Shown here: in pieces, positions 8,974 to 17,884 of the stretch | Layout of the letters: every line of letters starts with the position of its first letter | How positions within the stretch are numbered: the stretch's first letter is position 1 | Assembly (NCBI GenBank): GCA_022799035.1 | Contig: JAAWNQ010000009.1 | Span: forward strand, 289-64,288 | Direction of reading: 5' to 3' | Length of the DNA stretch: 64,000 nt | From: Oscillospiraceae bacterium | GTDB taxonomy: Bacteria; Bacillota; Clostridia; Oscillospirales; Oscillospiraceae | Program-made: the position numbers and the translations under genes | Notes under the pieces: generated by a model | The model's database searches: none | Seen by the model: only the letters and a program-made list of their open reading frames with translations | Told to the model about the DNA's origin: nothing

Positions 8974-9637
8974 GCTCTGGCTCCTCCTACTCCTGGGCGG
9001 CCTTATAGTCGCCAGCCTGTTCTACAAGCGCTGGGCAGTGAACTACGGTTTGAAGCGGCTTTACGCCCTGCGGAACGCCGGGAACAGTGAGGAGTTTCTC
9101 CAGGCGGTGGACTCCAGTTATATCCGCCTTCATTTCAGCCCCTTTGCCCGACAGCTTATGAAGCTGAATTATTGGATCGACAGGGGGGAGAACGGGAAGG
9201 TGGAGGAGCTGCTCCCCACCTTTGAGGAACTGAAATGCTCCCGAAAGGACCGGATCGCTTTTTACTCCAGAGCCCTGGGCTACACCCTGGAAAAGGGCCG
9301 TCCCCAGCAGGCCCGGGAGTATATGGATAAGCTGGAGAGCCTCCTAAAGGACAAAACCGACCCCCAGTCCCAGGCCATAAAGCTGGAGCTGGAACAGTTG
9401 GACGGCGTCTATCTGAAAAAAGATACCTCCCTCATCCCCGTTCTGGAACAGCTTTTGGAGCAGACCAAGGGGGAAAATGCCTCTGTGATATGCTACCGTC
9501 TGGCCCGGCTCTATCACGCCCAGGGGGATCCGGTCCAGACCGATCGGTACCTGGACCGGGCCCTGAAGCTAACAGGACAGGAATCCTCTCAGAACGCGCT
9601 GCGGGCATCCATGAAGGATCATTCTCTATTAGATTAA
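8966..9637 (+). CDS. Membrane-anchored helical (TPR-like) hypothetical protein
   Basis: ATG overlaps nanE end; N-terminal TM MNKLWLLLLLGGLIVASLF; YRLARLYHAQGDPVQTDRYLDRAL resembles a TPR. Confidence 0.7.
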   Translation: MNKLWLLLLLGGLIVASLFYKRWAVNYGLKRLYALRNAGNSEEFLQAVDSSYIRLHFSPFARQLMKLNYWIDRGENGKVEELLPTFEELKCSRKDRIAFYSRALGYTLEKGRPQQAREYMDKLESLLKDKTDPQSQAIKLELEQLDGVYLKKDTSLIPVLEQLLEQTKGENASVICYRLARLYHAQGDPVQTDRYLDRALKLTGQESSQNALRASMKDHSLLD

Positions 9638-9652
9638 AAGGAGACCGATGAC

Positions 9653-10738
9653 ATGCAGGACAAAAATTGGGATATGTACGATTATATCTTGGAATCCAAG
9701 GCCGCGGTCAGAAACATTGTGGACCATCAGGACCCTATTTTCAAGGAGGCCCTGGCCTACTTAAAGGATAAGCCCATCGAGCAGATCTACATCCTGGGTT
9801 CCGGTACCAGCTATCACGCCTCTGTGGCCGCCAAAAATGTGGTGGAGGATGCCCTGGGGATCAAGGTCATCAACATGTACCCCATGGAGTTTGTGGACAA
9901 CGAGCGGGTATTCAATACCAAGACCCTGGTGGTGGGCATCTCCCACGCCGGCAGAAGCTCCAGTACCATCAAGGCCTTGGATAAGGCCCGGAGCCTGGGC
10001 CTTATGACCATCGCCATGACCGCCGAGCGGGACCGTCCCATCGTGGACCACGGGGAAACCTCGGTCTACATTGAGATCGGGGATGAATTTGCCGGTCCCA
10101 AGACCAAGGGATACATCGGCTCCATCGCCACCATCGCTCTGCTGGGACTCAAGCTTGCCGTACAACAGGGCAAGCTGACCGAAGGGGAAAAGGCGGAATT
10201 GGAGAAACGGATGCTGGACACCGCCGACCAAATCCCCGATATTGCCGAAAAGGCCTGGCAGTGGTACAAAGACAACGCCGAAGAGCTGAAAAAATGCCGC
10301 CGCCTGCTGGTGCTGGGCTACGAGAGCTGTATGAGCGCCATGCTGGAGGGCACCCTGAAAATTCTGGAGGCCGTCCGTTACAGCGTCACCGGTTACGAGC
10401 TGGAGGAGTTCATGCACGGGGTATACCACTCCATCGACAAGGACGCCTATATGCTCTATCTGGGCTGCCCCGGCAAGCATTATGACCGGATGATCCATAT
10501 GCGTGACTATTTTGCCCAGCAAAGAGGGGCCAAGGGCTATGTGGTCACCTCCGATCCCGGTCAGACCGGGAAGGAAAATTTCGTCTATCCCTTCAAAAAC
10601 GATCCCTATTTTGCCTCCATGGAATATGTGGTCCCCCTCCAGGTCATCGCCAGAAAGCTGTCCCTGGATCTGGGCATTGATTGCAACCTGTCCAGCGACC
10701 CCGATTTCCATAAGAACATGGGCAGCTACTCCTACTGA
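9653..10738 (+). CDS. SIS-domain sugar-phosphate isomerase/deglycase (GlmS-C/FrlB/AgaS-like)
   Basis: ILGSGTSYHA, GISHAGRS, KTKGY, EGTLKILE, LEEFMHG. Confidence 0.88.
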   Translation: MQDKNWDMYDYILESKAAVRNIVDHQDPIFKEALAYLKDKPIEQIYILGSGTSYHASVAAKNVVEDALGIKVINMYPMEFVDNERVFNTKTLVVGISHAGRSSSTIKALDKARSLGLMTIAMTAERDRPIVDHGETSVYIEIGDEFAGPKTKGYIGSIATIALLGLKLAVQQGKLTEGEKAELEKRMLDTADQIPDIAEKAWQWYKDNAEELKKCRRLLVLGYESCMSAMLEGTLKILEAVRYSVTGYELEEFMHGVYHSIDKDAYMLYLGCPGKHYDRMIHMRDYFAQQRGAKGYVVTSDPGQTGKENFVYPFKNDPYFASMEYVVPLQVIARKLSLDLGIDCNLSSDPDFHKNMGSYSY

Positions 10739-10854
10739 TCCCATTTTAGGATGGGAGATCCACCCCTCCTCTCTCTTTGCCGCCCCGACCCCACCAAAAG
10801 GTCGGGGCGGCCCTTTTCAGGGACAGAGAAAAACTCACCCAAGGAGGAACTCCG

Positions 10855-11511
10855 GTGAACAAACCTTTCCGCGCGGTCATTTTTGACATGGACGGGGTCC
10901 TGGTGGACTCTGAATGGCAATATCACCTCCGAAGACTTGATTTTCTCCGGGAGCATGGTGTAGAATTGCCACAGGAAACCCTTCCCCAGGTCATCGGCCG
11001 CCCCTACCAAAGCTATGTGGACATGGTCCTGAGCCTGGATGGAGTCTCCTGGACCCAGGAGGAATATACCCGCCTCTACGATGCCTATACCCAGCGAATC
11101 GGGCGGCTCCACTACGACCAATGCCTGTTCTCAGACGCCCCCGGCGTCCTCTCCCTTCTGAAGCGGAAGGGACTTCGTCTGGGTCTGGCCTCCTCCTCCC
11201 CCCGGAGGGCGGTCTCCCTCATGCTCTCCGACTGCGGCTTCGGGACTATATTTCACTGTGTCTTGGCCCAGGAGGACGTGGAGCAGGTCAAACCCTCCCC
11301 TGAGATCTACCGAAAAGCCGCCGCCCGCCTGGACCTCTCCCCTGAGGAGTGCGTGGCGGTGGAGGATTCGGTCCACGGCATCCGCTCCGCCCTGGACGCG
11401 GGGATGACCGTGGTGGCAAAGACCTCCCCCCATTATGAGCTGGACCAGTCCGCCGCCCACTACCACATCAGACAGCTTCAGGACCTGCCCCCTCTTCTGG
11501 AGCGGCTGTAA
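10855..11511 (+). CDS. HAD-IA family phosphatase
   Basis: IFDMDGVLVDSE, LASSS, KPSPEIY, VEDSVHG; GTG start 10855 after AAGGAGG. Confidence 0.88.
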   Translation: MNKPFRAVIFDMDGVLVDSEWQYHLRRLDFLREHGVELPQETLPQVIGRPYQSYVDMVLSLDGVSWTQEEYTRLYDAYTQRIGRLHYDQCLFSDAPGVLSLLKRKGLRLGLASSSPRRAVSLMLSDCGFGTIFHCVLAQEDVEQVKPSPEIYRKAAARLDLSPEECVAVEDSVHGIRSALDAGMTVVAKTSPHYELDQSAAHYHIRQLQDLPPLLERL

Positions 11512-11545
11512 GCAGGCTAAAACCAATATAGAAGGAGTGTCCCCT

Positions 11546-12619
11546 ATGATAACCCTACTGGAAACCATTCAGCAGATCCCCGGCGTCCTCTCCTCGGTGA
11601 TCGCCAACCGGAAGACCACCTTCCAGGCCCTTCTGGAGGCAGTGGACAGCCGGGAGACCCCCATCACCCAGATCATCCTTCTGGGCTCGGGTACTTCCAA
11701 CACCTCGGGCTGTACCGCCCGGTATTTTGCCGAGCAGGCCGGCGGCCTTCCTGTCCGGGCGGTGATTCCCAATGACTTCTGCTACGCCCCCTTCCATGAT
11801 CCCAACGCCCTCTACCTGATCATCTCCCAGACCGGCACCTCCATCAAGACCAGGGAGTGTCTGGACCTGATCAAGGACTTCGGCGGACTGGCCGCCGCCA
11901 TGAGCGAATCCCCCAACACCCCCATCGCCCAGGCCGCGGAGGTCTATGTGGATATGGGCTGCGGCTATGAGGAGCATAAGACCCGTACCATCGGATACAG
12001 CGCCACCGTCCTCACCATCATGCTCTTGGGCTTGGAGCTGGGGCTCCGGCGGGGCCATCTGACCCAGGCCCAGTATGACTCTTACCTCTCCCAGGCTCAA
12101 AAGCTCCCCGCCGCCATTGAGAGGGTCATCGACGACGCCATGACCTGGATGGACCGGAGCAAGTGGGAGATGCTCCACTCCGACCTTTTGTTCTTCACCG
12201 GGGTCAACTCCCTCTGGGGCGTGGCCCAGGAGGCCGCCTGCAAGGTCTGGGAGCTTCCCAAGCTGGCCTCCATGGGGGTAGACCTGGACGAGAGCATGCA
12301 CGGGCCCAACTTTGGCTTTAACGGCCGTCACTGCGTCCTTGTCCTGGACGATGGCCGGGTGGACAGCCAAAAGGCCGCCGCCATGGTCCGGTACATGAAA
12401 ACCGAATTCAAAAACGGCTTTATGATCGGCCCCGATCCGGTAGGCCCCGGCGACCTGAAGCTGATCCCTCAGAGCGGTCCCTTCTCCTGCCTGGAATTCG
12501 CCGCCGCCATCCAGATCCTGGCCTACCGCCTGGCCCAGGACTGCGGTCGTGACCTCCAATCCCCCCACGACAACAGCGTAATGAACAGCTACTTCATCTC
12601 CCACAGCGACCAAAAATAA
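11546..12619 (+). CDS. Second SIS-domain sugar-phosphate isomerase/deglycase
   Basis: LLGSGTSNTS, ISQTGTS, KTRTIGY, EAACKVWE, DESMHGP; ATG 11546 after GAAGGAG. Confidence 0.85.
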   Translation: MITLLETIQQIPGVLSSVIANRKTTFQALLEAVDSRETPITQIILLGSGTSNTSGCTARYFAEQAGGLPVRAVIPNDFCYAPFHDPNALYLIISQTGTSIKTRECLDLIKDFGGLAAAMSESPNTPIAQAAEVYVDMGCGYEEHKTRTIGYSATVLTIMLLGLELGLRRGHLTQAQYDSYLSQAQKLPAAIERVIDDAMTWMDRSKWEMLHSDLLFFTGVNSLWGVAQEAACKVWELPKLASMGVDLDESMHGPNFGFNGRHCVLVLDDGRVDSQKAAAMVRYMKTEFKNGFMIGPDPVGPGDLKLIPQSGPFSCLEFAAAIQILAYRLAQDCGRDLQSPHDNSVMNSYFISHSDQK

Positions 12620-12720
12620 CTCCAAAACCCCTTCCGGGGCTAACACTCCCAGCGCAGGACCTTTTTAACTTTCTTTTATAATTCTCAAGGCCCAAGCATT
12701 TTTTCAACAAGAGTCCTACT

Positions 12721-12763
12721 AAAAAACAGCCCCAACCATCTCTACAGAATGGTTGGGGCTGTC
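12721..12763. terminator. Hairpin between convergent PTS locus and PRTase
   Basis: 14-bp stem acagccccaaccat/atggttggggctgt with A-tract on the left. Confidence 0.7.
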
Positions 12764-12789
12764 CATAATTTCGTTCCCGCCTGTCCTCA

Positions 12790-13398
12790 TCAAACCTCCA
12801 GGACAGGCAGCTCAAACAGGTGGTACAGGTTCTCCGGCAGGGTCACTCCCGCCTCCACGCTGATGACGGCATGGGCGGCGATCTCCGCCCCCGCCTTCCG
12901 GGCCAACTCCTGCAGGGCTCCGGTGGTCCCCCCGCCGCCGTAGACGTCGTCCAAAAGCAGGATCCGCTTACCCTGGAGGAATTCCACATCGTCGTCGGTG
13001 AGGGAGATGGTCTGGTCCTTGGGGGTGGTCACCGAGCGGTAGGTGGCCTCCACCCTGGCCCCTCCGGTACTCTTACGGGCCACCGCTGTCCGTTCCAGCT
13101 CAACGCCTTTTGCCTTGGACCAGCGCAGGGCGATGGCGTGGGCCAGGGCGTTGCTCTTGGCTACCGGATTCAGGATGGTGTCAAATTCCACCCCGGAATT
13201 CAGAAGTTTTTCCGTCAATTCCTCAGCGGCGGCCTCAATCAGGCTCACCTGACCGGAAATATCCAAAAATCCAACCATTCTTCCGCTAATCAGCTTAAAA
13301 GGAAGCACAAAAGTTTTCCCCGCCATTTTTACTTCCAGGTTTTTTCCCCCATTTTCGCCCTCTACGATCCGGGTCTTTTCCTGTCCAAACCGCTCCAT
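12790..13398 (-). CDS. Type I phosphoribosyltransferase (adenine/xanthine PRT-like)
   Basis: PRPP loop ILLLDDVYGGGGT; start ambiguous (13398/13407/13416). Confidence 0.8.
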   Translation of the reverse strand: MERFGQEKTRIVEGENGGKNLEVKMAGKTFVLPFKLISGRMVGFLDISGQVSLIEAAAEELTEKLLNSGVEFDTILNPVAKSNALAHAIALRWSKAKGVELERTAVARKSTGGARVEATYRSVTTPKDQTISLTDDDVEFLQGKRILLLDDVYGGGGTTGALQELARKAGAEIAAHAVISVEAGVTLPENLYHLFELPVLEV

Positions 13399-13495
13399 TT
13401 TCGCCATCCTTCCCATTTTTTCTGGTTACAAAAGAGTTACAAATCCCTTTTTTCTATTTTACCACAGCTTCCCTCCAAAAGCAACGCAGTCCCGC

Positions 13496-13535
13496 AAAAA
13501 GGTCCCGCCTCACCTTTCAGTGGGCGGGACCTTTT
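13496..13535 (-). terminator. Intrinsic terminator after amidohydrolase gene
   Basis: aaaaggtcccgcc(t)cac/gtgggcgggacctttt stem with A5 tract. Confidence 0.75.
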
Positions 13536-13551
13536 GTGTCCACAAAAACGA

Positions 13552-14802
13552 TCAGATCTCCTGTCCACCGCAGAAACGGCGGGCAATATTTCGGGAATCG
13601 CCGCAGTAGATAAGCCGCTGGAGCCGCTCAGCCAGAGTGTACTCCCGGTAGGAGCGAAGCCTCTCGTCCTCCAGGACCAGAGCGTCGAACTGGTAGCCCG
13701 GCTCAAAGCTGCCCACCTTGCCGAAAAAGCCGCCGCCCCCCTTGGTGGCCAGATAAAACGCGTCGGCGGCCGAGAGGGCCCCCTCCCGGGTCAGGGTCTT
13801 GGAGGCCTGGATGGCGGAGGCCATATTCTGGAACATATTGAGGCTGTGTCCCCCGCCGATGTCGCTGCCCAGTCCCACCGGGACCCCCAGCTCCAGGACC
13901 TTCCTCACCGGGAGGAACCGGTCCCCAGGAATGTGCTGGATGGCGTTGGGACAGTAGGCGATATAGACGCCCCGCCGGGCCATGAGTTCAAACTCCTGCT
14001 CCGTGGCATAGGCACAGTGGGCCATCACCGTAGGGGTCTGTCCGAACAGGCCGTATTTGTCCCAGACAAAGCCGTAGAGCTTCTCCACCGGAAACCGGTC
14101 CCGGACCATCTCCAGGTCAAAATCCCCCTCGCACATGTGGGACTGGACGGGAAGGTTCTCCTCCCGGGCCTTATTTCCCAGGAAATCCAGCAGCTCCTCC
14201 GAGGCGGCGGGGATAAACTCAGGGCTGAGGATATACCCCACCCTTCCCTTTCTCTCCCCGGCCCAGCTTATCAGGTCCAGGGTCTGGGCGACAGACTCCT
14301 CCGTCCCCTCCTGGGCCTCACCGAAGGCCCCATGGTCCGAGTTCATCTTGCCCACATAGGCCCCCAGGCCCTTCCTCCCCAGCCGCTCCATCAGGTCCTT
14401 CACCGGCTGGGGACCGGTGGCCCCCATGATGACGGAGCGGGTGATCCCGTTCTCCCACAGCGCCTCCACCAAGTCCTGGTTCACCTGGGCGGCGTACTGG
14501 GGATCGGCGGAGTACCGCTGTTCGGCAGGGTAGGTGCACTGGGTAAACCACTCATCCCCTGTACCGTCATAGCCCAGGCCCGCCGAGGGAAGCTGGGCGG
14601 CGTGGAGGTGCAGGTCGCTGAAGGCAGGGATGAGAAGGCTGTGGCCCAACTCCTCCACCGGATGATCTCTCAGCTCCGGGGGGAGGGTCGGGTATGTCCC
14701 CCGAACCGCGCCGTCCTCCTCCACCGCCACATAGCCCTGGGGGAGGGCGGTGAGGACTCCCAGCTTGGGAGAAAAGAGAATATCGCCGTGATAAAGCTTC
14801 AT
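13552..14802 (-). CDS. Guanine-deaminase-like amidohydrolase
   Basis: DLHLHAAQ, QSHMCE, MAHC, GLGSDIGGG, GSFEPGYQFDAL; but SPEF replaces the usual TPRF. Confidence 0.8.
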   Translation of the reverse strand: MKLYHGDILFSPKLGVLTALPQGYVAVEEDGAVRGTYPTLPPELRDHPVEELGHSLLIPAFSDLHLHAAQLPSAGLGYDGTGDEWFTQCTYPAEQRYSADPQYAAQVNQDLVEALWENGITRSVIMGATGPQPVKDLMERLGRKGLGAYVGKMNSDHGAFGEAQEGTEESVAQTLDLISWAGERKGRVGYILSPEFIPAASEELLDFLGNKAREENLPVQSHMCEGDFDLEMVRDRFPVEKLYGFVWDKYGLFGQTPTVMAHCAYATEQEFELMARRGVYIAYCPNAIQHIPGDRFLPVRKVLELGVPVGLGSDIGGGHSLNMFQNMASAIQASKTLTREGALSAADAFYLATKGGGGFFGKVGSFEPGYQFDALVLEDERLRSYREYTLAERLQRLIYCGDSRNIARRFCGGQEI

Positions 14803-14844
14803 GGTTCTTCCCTCCTTGCCCCGTTCCGGGGCTGTTTTTGGGGA

Positions 14845-16347
14845 TCATTTTTCCCGGTAAAGACCGGACAGTTTGTCATAGCAGGGCTTCAGGCTGGGAT
14901 AAAGCTCCCGGTAAAGGGCGTAGGCCCGGTCATAGACCTTGGCGTGGTCCGGGATGGGACGGTAATCCCGGTATTCCCCCAGAAAGCCCTGTATCTGCTC
15001 CCAGTCTGTAAAGACGCCGCCGCTCATTCCCGCCAGGAAGGCCACCCCCATGGCGCTGCCGGGGTGGGCGGGGAAGGAGCGGACCGGGCGGTTCAGCACG
15101 TCGGCGGCGATCTGGCACCAGAAGGAGCTTTTGGCTCCCCCGTTGGTGGCCAGGACCCGGGTGGGGGTATACCCCGCCTCCTCCAAAAGCTCCACATGAT
15201 GGCGGAATCCGTAGATCACCGACTCCAGCACCGCCCGGAACAGATGCTCCCGGGTGTGGGAGAGGGTAAGGCCAAACAGAACTCCCCGGGCCTGGGGGTC
15301 GAACAGAGGCGTCTTCTCCCCCAGGAAGTAGGGCAAAATGATAAGGCCGTCGGAGGCGGGGGGCAGCTTTTCCGCCTCCCGGTCCATCCTCTGAAAGACC
15401 TGGGGATCCTCGGTACCCAGAATATCCTTGGTGAGCCATTTCACCAGGGAGCCGCTGGCCGCCATACAGCCGTTGATCAGATAGTGGCCGGGAACGATAT
15501 GATAGTCAAAGAACAGCTTGGGATGGGTAGCCAGCCGGTCGGTGCAGAACAGGATATCCCCCGCCCCGCCGAACTTGATGAGCAGCTCTCCGGGCCGGGT
15601 GATCCCCGCCGCCAGGGTGGAGGCCACATGGTCGGCGCTTCCGGCGATGACCGGGATCCCCTGGGGAAGCCCCAGGGACTCTGTTCCCACGGTGGTCCCC
15701 ACCACCTCCCCGGGCTGGGACACCGGGGGAAGAAGTCTGGGGGAGAGGCCAAACCGCTCCATATACTCGGGGATCCACTCCCCCCGGTGGATGTCGTAGA
15801 GGCCGCTCTCGGCGGCCCAGTTCAGCTCCACCTGCCGCTTGCCGGTAAGCCGGTAGACCATGTAGTCGTAGGAGCCCATGACCGTCCTGACCCTGGCAAA
15901 GACCTCCGGCTCCTCCTCCTTGACCCACAGCAGCCGGGGCAGCACATGCTGGGCGTTGGTATATCCCCCGGTCCGGCGGTAAAGCTCCTCCTGGGGCAGC
16001 TCCCCCCTCACCCGGTCAAGCTGGTCCACCGCCCGGGCGTCGTTCTGCTGGATGGTATTGCGGACCGGCTCCCCCTTTTCGTCCAGGAGGACGATGGCGG
16101 GGACCATGCCACTGCAGCCGATGGCCCGAAGGCCGGACAGCTTATCCCCGTGCTCCCCGGCGATCCGGGCCAGGGTGGCCGCGGCGTTGTCCCACCAGAC
16201 CTCCGCCCTCTCCTCCGCCCAACCGGGACGGAGGGAGAGAAGGTCGTGGCCCTGGGTCTCCTGAGCCGTCAGCTCCCCATCCTCTGAGATAAGGACCGTC
16301 TTCACTCCTGTGGTACCCACGTCGATCCCCATGGCATACCGCTTCAT
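14845..16347 (-). CDS. FGGY-family carbohydrate kinase (xylulokinase-like)
   Basis: GIDVGTTGVK, QQNDAR, LPYFLGEKTP, NGGAKSSFWCQIAADV. Confidence 0.9.
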   Translation of the reverse strand: MKRYAMGIDVGTTGVKTVLISEDGELTAQETQGHDLLSLRPGWAEERAEVWWDNAAATLARIAGEHGDKLSGLRAIGCSGMVPAIVLLDEKGEPVRNTIQQNDARAVDQLDRVRGELPQEELYRRTGGYTNAQHVLPRLLWVKEEEPEVFARVRTVMGSYDYMVYRLTGKRQVELNWAAESGLYDIHRGEWIPEYMERFGLSPRLLPPVSQPGEVVGTTVGTESLGLPQGIPVIAGSADHVASTLAAGITRPGELLIKFGGAGDILFCTDRLATHPKLFFDYHIVPGHYLINGCMAASGSLVKWLTKDILGTEDPQVFQRMDREAEKLPPASDGLIILPYFLGEKTPLFDPQARGVLFGLTLSHTREHLFRAVLESVIYGFRHHVELLEEAGYTPTRVLATNGGAKSSFWCQIAADVLNRPVRSFPAHPGSAMGVAFLAGMSGGVFTDWEQIQGFLGEYRDYRPIPDHAKVYDRAYALYRELYPSLKPCYDKLSGLYREK

Positions 16348-16366
16348 AAACCTCCCCCTTCCTTGT

Positions 16367-17023
16367 TTACAGCAGGCCCTTTTCCTCCAGGGTCCCGCGC
16401 AGCTCCTGATAGCTTCCGGCCTCCAAGTCGGCCCCGGTGATATCCTGACGGATGGCCGAGGCCCGGAGGGCCGCCACCGTCATACCCGCCGCCTTGCCCG
16501 CGGCGATACCCACAGGGGAATCCTCCACCACCAGACAGTCCCCGGCCTGGGCCCCCAGGAACCGGGCGGCGGTCAGGTAGGGCTCCGGGGAGGGCTTGGT
16601 ATTGCTCACCATATCCCGGCACACAATGGCGTCGAACCGGCGGACCATGCCGAACCGGTCCAGGGCGGAGAGAACGCTCTTACTGCTGGTGGAGGAGACC
16701 AGGGCGGTCCCGATCCCCCGTTCCCTCAGGTGATCCAGGAATTCCTCCGCCCCGGGGAACAGGGCCAGCTCCGGAGAGTCCAGATAGAAGCTGCCGCAAT
16801 GACGGGCCTCCTCGGCCAAAAACTCCTGAGGGGTCAGGGGAAGATCGTGGGTCCGGACCATGGTCTCTGCGATGGAGACGCTGGTCTTTCCCACAAACTG
16901 CTCCAGCTCCTCCGGAGAGTACTCCACCCCGTAGTGGGCCATGTGCCGCTGGAGGCGCTTCAGATAGAGGGGCTCACTATCCATGAGCACCCCGTCCATA
17001 TCAAAAAGAAAATAGTTCTTCAT
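16367..17023 (-). CDS. HAD-IA family phosphatase
   Basis: LFDMDGVLMDSE, KPSPEPY, VVEDSPVG. Confidence 0.88.
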   Translation of the reverse strand: MKNYFLFDMDGVLMDSEPLYLKRLQRHMAHYGVEYSPEELEQFVGKTSVSIAETMVRTHDLPLTPQEFLAEEARHCGSFYLDSPELALFPGAEEFLDHLRERGIGTALVSSTSSKSVLSALDRFGMVRRFDAIVCRDMVSNTKPSPEPYLTAARFLGAQAGDCLVVEDSPVGIAAGKAAGMTVAALRASAIRQDITGADLEAGSYQELRGTLEEKGLL

Positions 17024-17027
17024 CCGC

Positions 17028-17843
17028 TTACTTCAGACCCTCCCGGAACTTGTGGACCTCCTCCATAAAGGCCAGGACCCGGGATTTGTCCACCTGGTTT
17101 TCAAACACGCCGTCATACTTAAAGGTAGTGCCCACCACGGCGGCGTCGGCCACCGCGAGCTGGTTGGCGATGGTATCCTTCCGGCAGCCGGTGTTGGCGA
17201 TGACCACGGTGCCGGGAACGGTCTTTTTCACCTCGGCCAGGATCTGAGAGTCGGCGGCCACCCCGGCGGTAAGGCCGGAGACACAGAGAGCGTCGGCCTT
17301 GCAGTTGAATACGGTGCTCTTGGCGATCTGGGTGATATCCCGCTGGGCCAGATACTTGGCCGCCTCGGGGACGATGTTGAACAGCAGCTTTACATCCTCG
17401 GCGCCGATGGCCTGACGGTGGCGGGAGACCTCCCCGTAGTTGGTGTTCCACAGGCCGAAGTCGCTGGCGTAGACCCCGGTGAAGATCTCCCGGACAAATT
17501 TGGCCCCGGTGGCGGCGGCCAGATCCAGGGAGGCGGCCCCGTCCCACAGGGCGTTGACCCCGAAGGGGATCTTGATCTCGCTCATCAGCTCGCCAATGAC
17601 CCGGGCCATGGCGGCCACCGTCTCCTTACGCACGTCGGTGAGGTAGGGAAGGCTGAACTCATTGGAGAACATGACCGCGTCCACGCCCCCCTCCTGAAGG
17701 GCCAGGAAATCCTCCCGGGCCTTGTCCACCACCCAGGTCATACCCTTCTGTTTGTCATAGCCGGGATCGCCGGGCATGGCCTGGAGATGACACATGGCGA
17801 TGATGGCCTTCTCTGTCCCGATCACTTCTTTCAACCAACTCAT
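17028..17843 (-). CDS. BtpA/SgcQ family TIM-barrel protein
   Basis: IIAMCHLQAMPGDP, GGVDAVMFSNEFSLPY, FGVNALWD, DALCVSG, AAVVGTTFK. Confidence 0.88.
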   Translation of the reverse strand: MSWLKEVIGTEKAIIAMCHLQAMPGDPGYDKQKGMTWVVDKAREDFLALQEGGVDAVMFSNEFSLPYLTDVRKETVAAMARVIGELMSEIKIPFGVNALWDGAASLDLAAATGAKFVREIFTGVYASDFGLWNTNYGEVSRHRQAIGAEDVKLLFNIVPEAAKYLAQRDITQIAKSTVFNCKADALCVSGLTAGVAADSQILAEVKKTVPGTVVIANTGCRKDTIANQLAVADAAVVGTTFKYDGVFENQVDKSRVLAFMEEVHKFREGLK

Positions 17844-17884
17844 GTTTGTACGCTCCTTCCGATTTCTTTGATGTAAAATATGTC

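Noticed and set aside
12820-16287. 1155-aa plus-strand ORF
   Set aside because: Antisense shadow across three well-supported minus-strand genes, expected at high GC.
17028-17843. Photosystem I biogenesis role for BtpA
   Set aside because: Family name only; the context is sugar/nucleobase catabolism in a non-phototroph.
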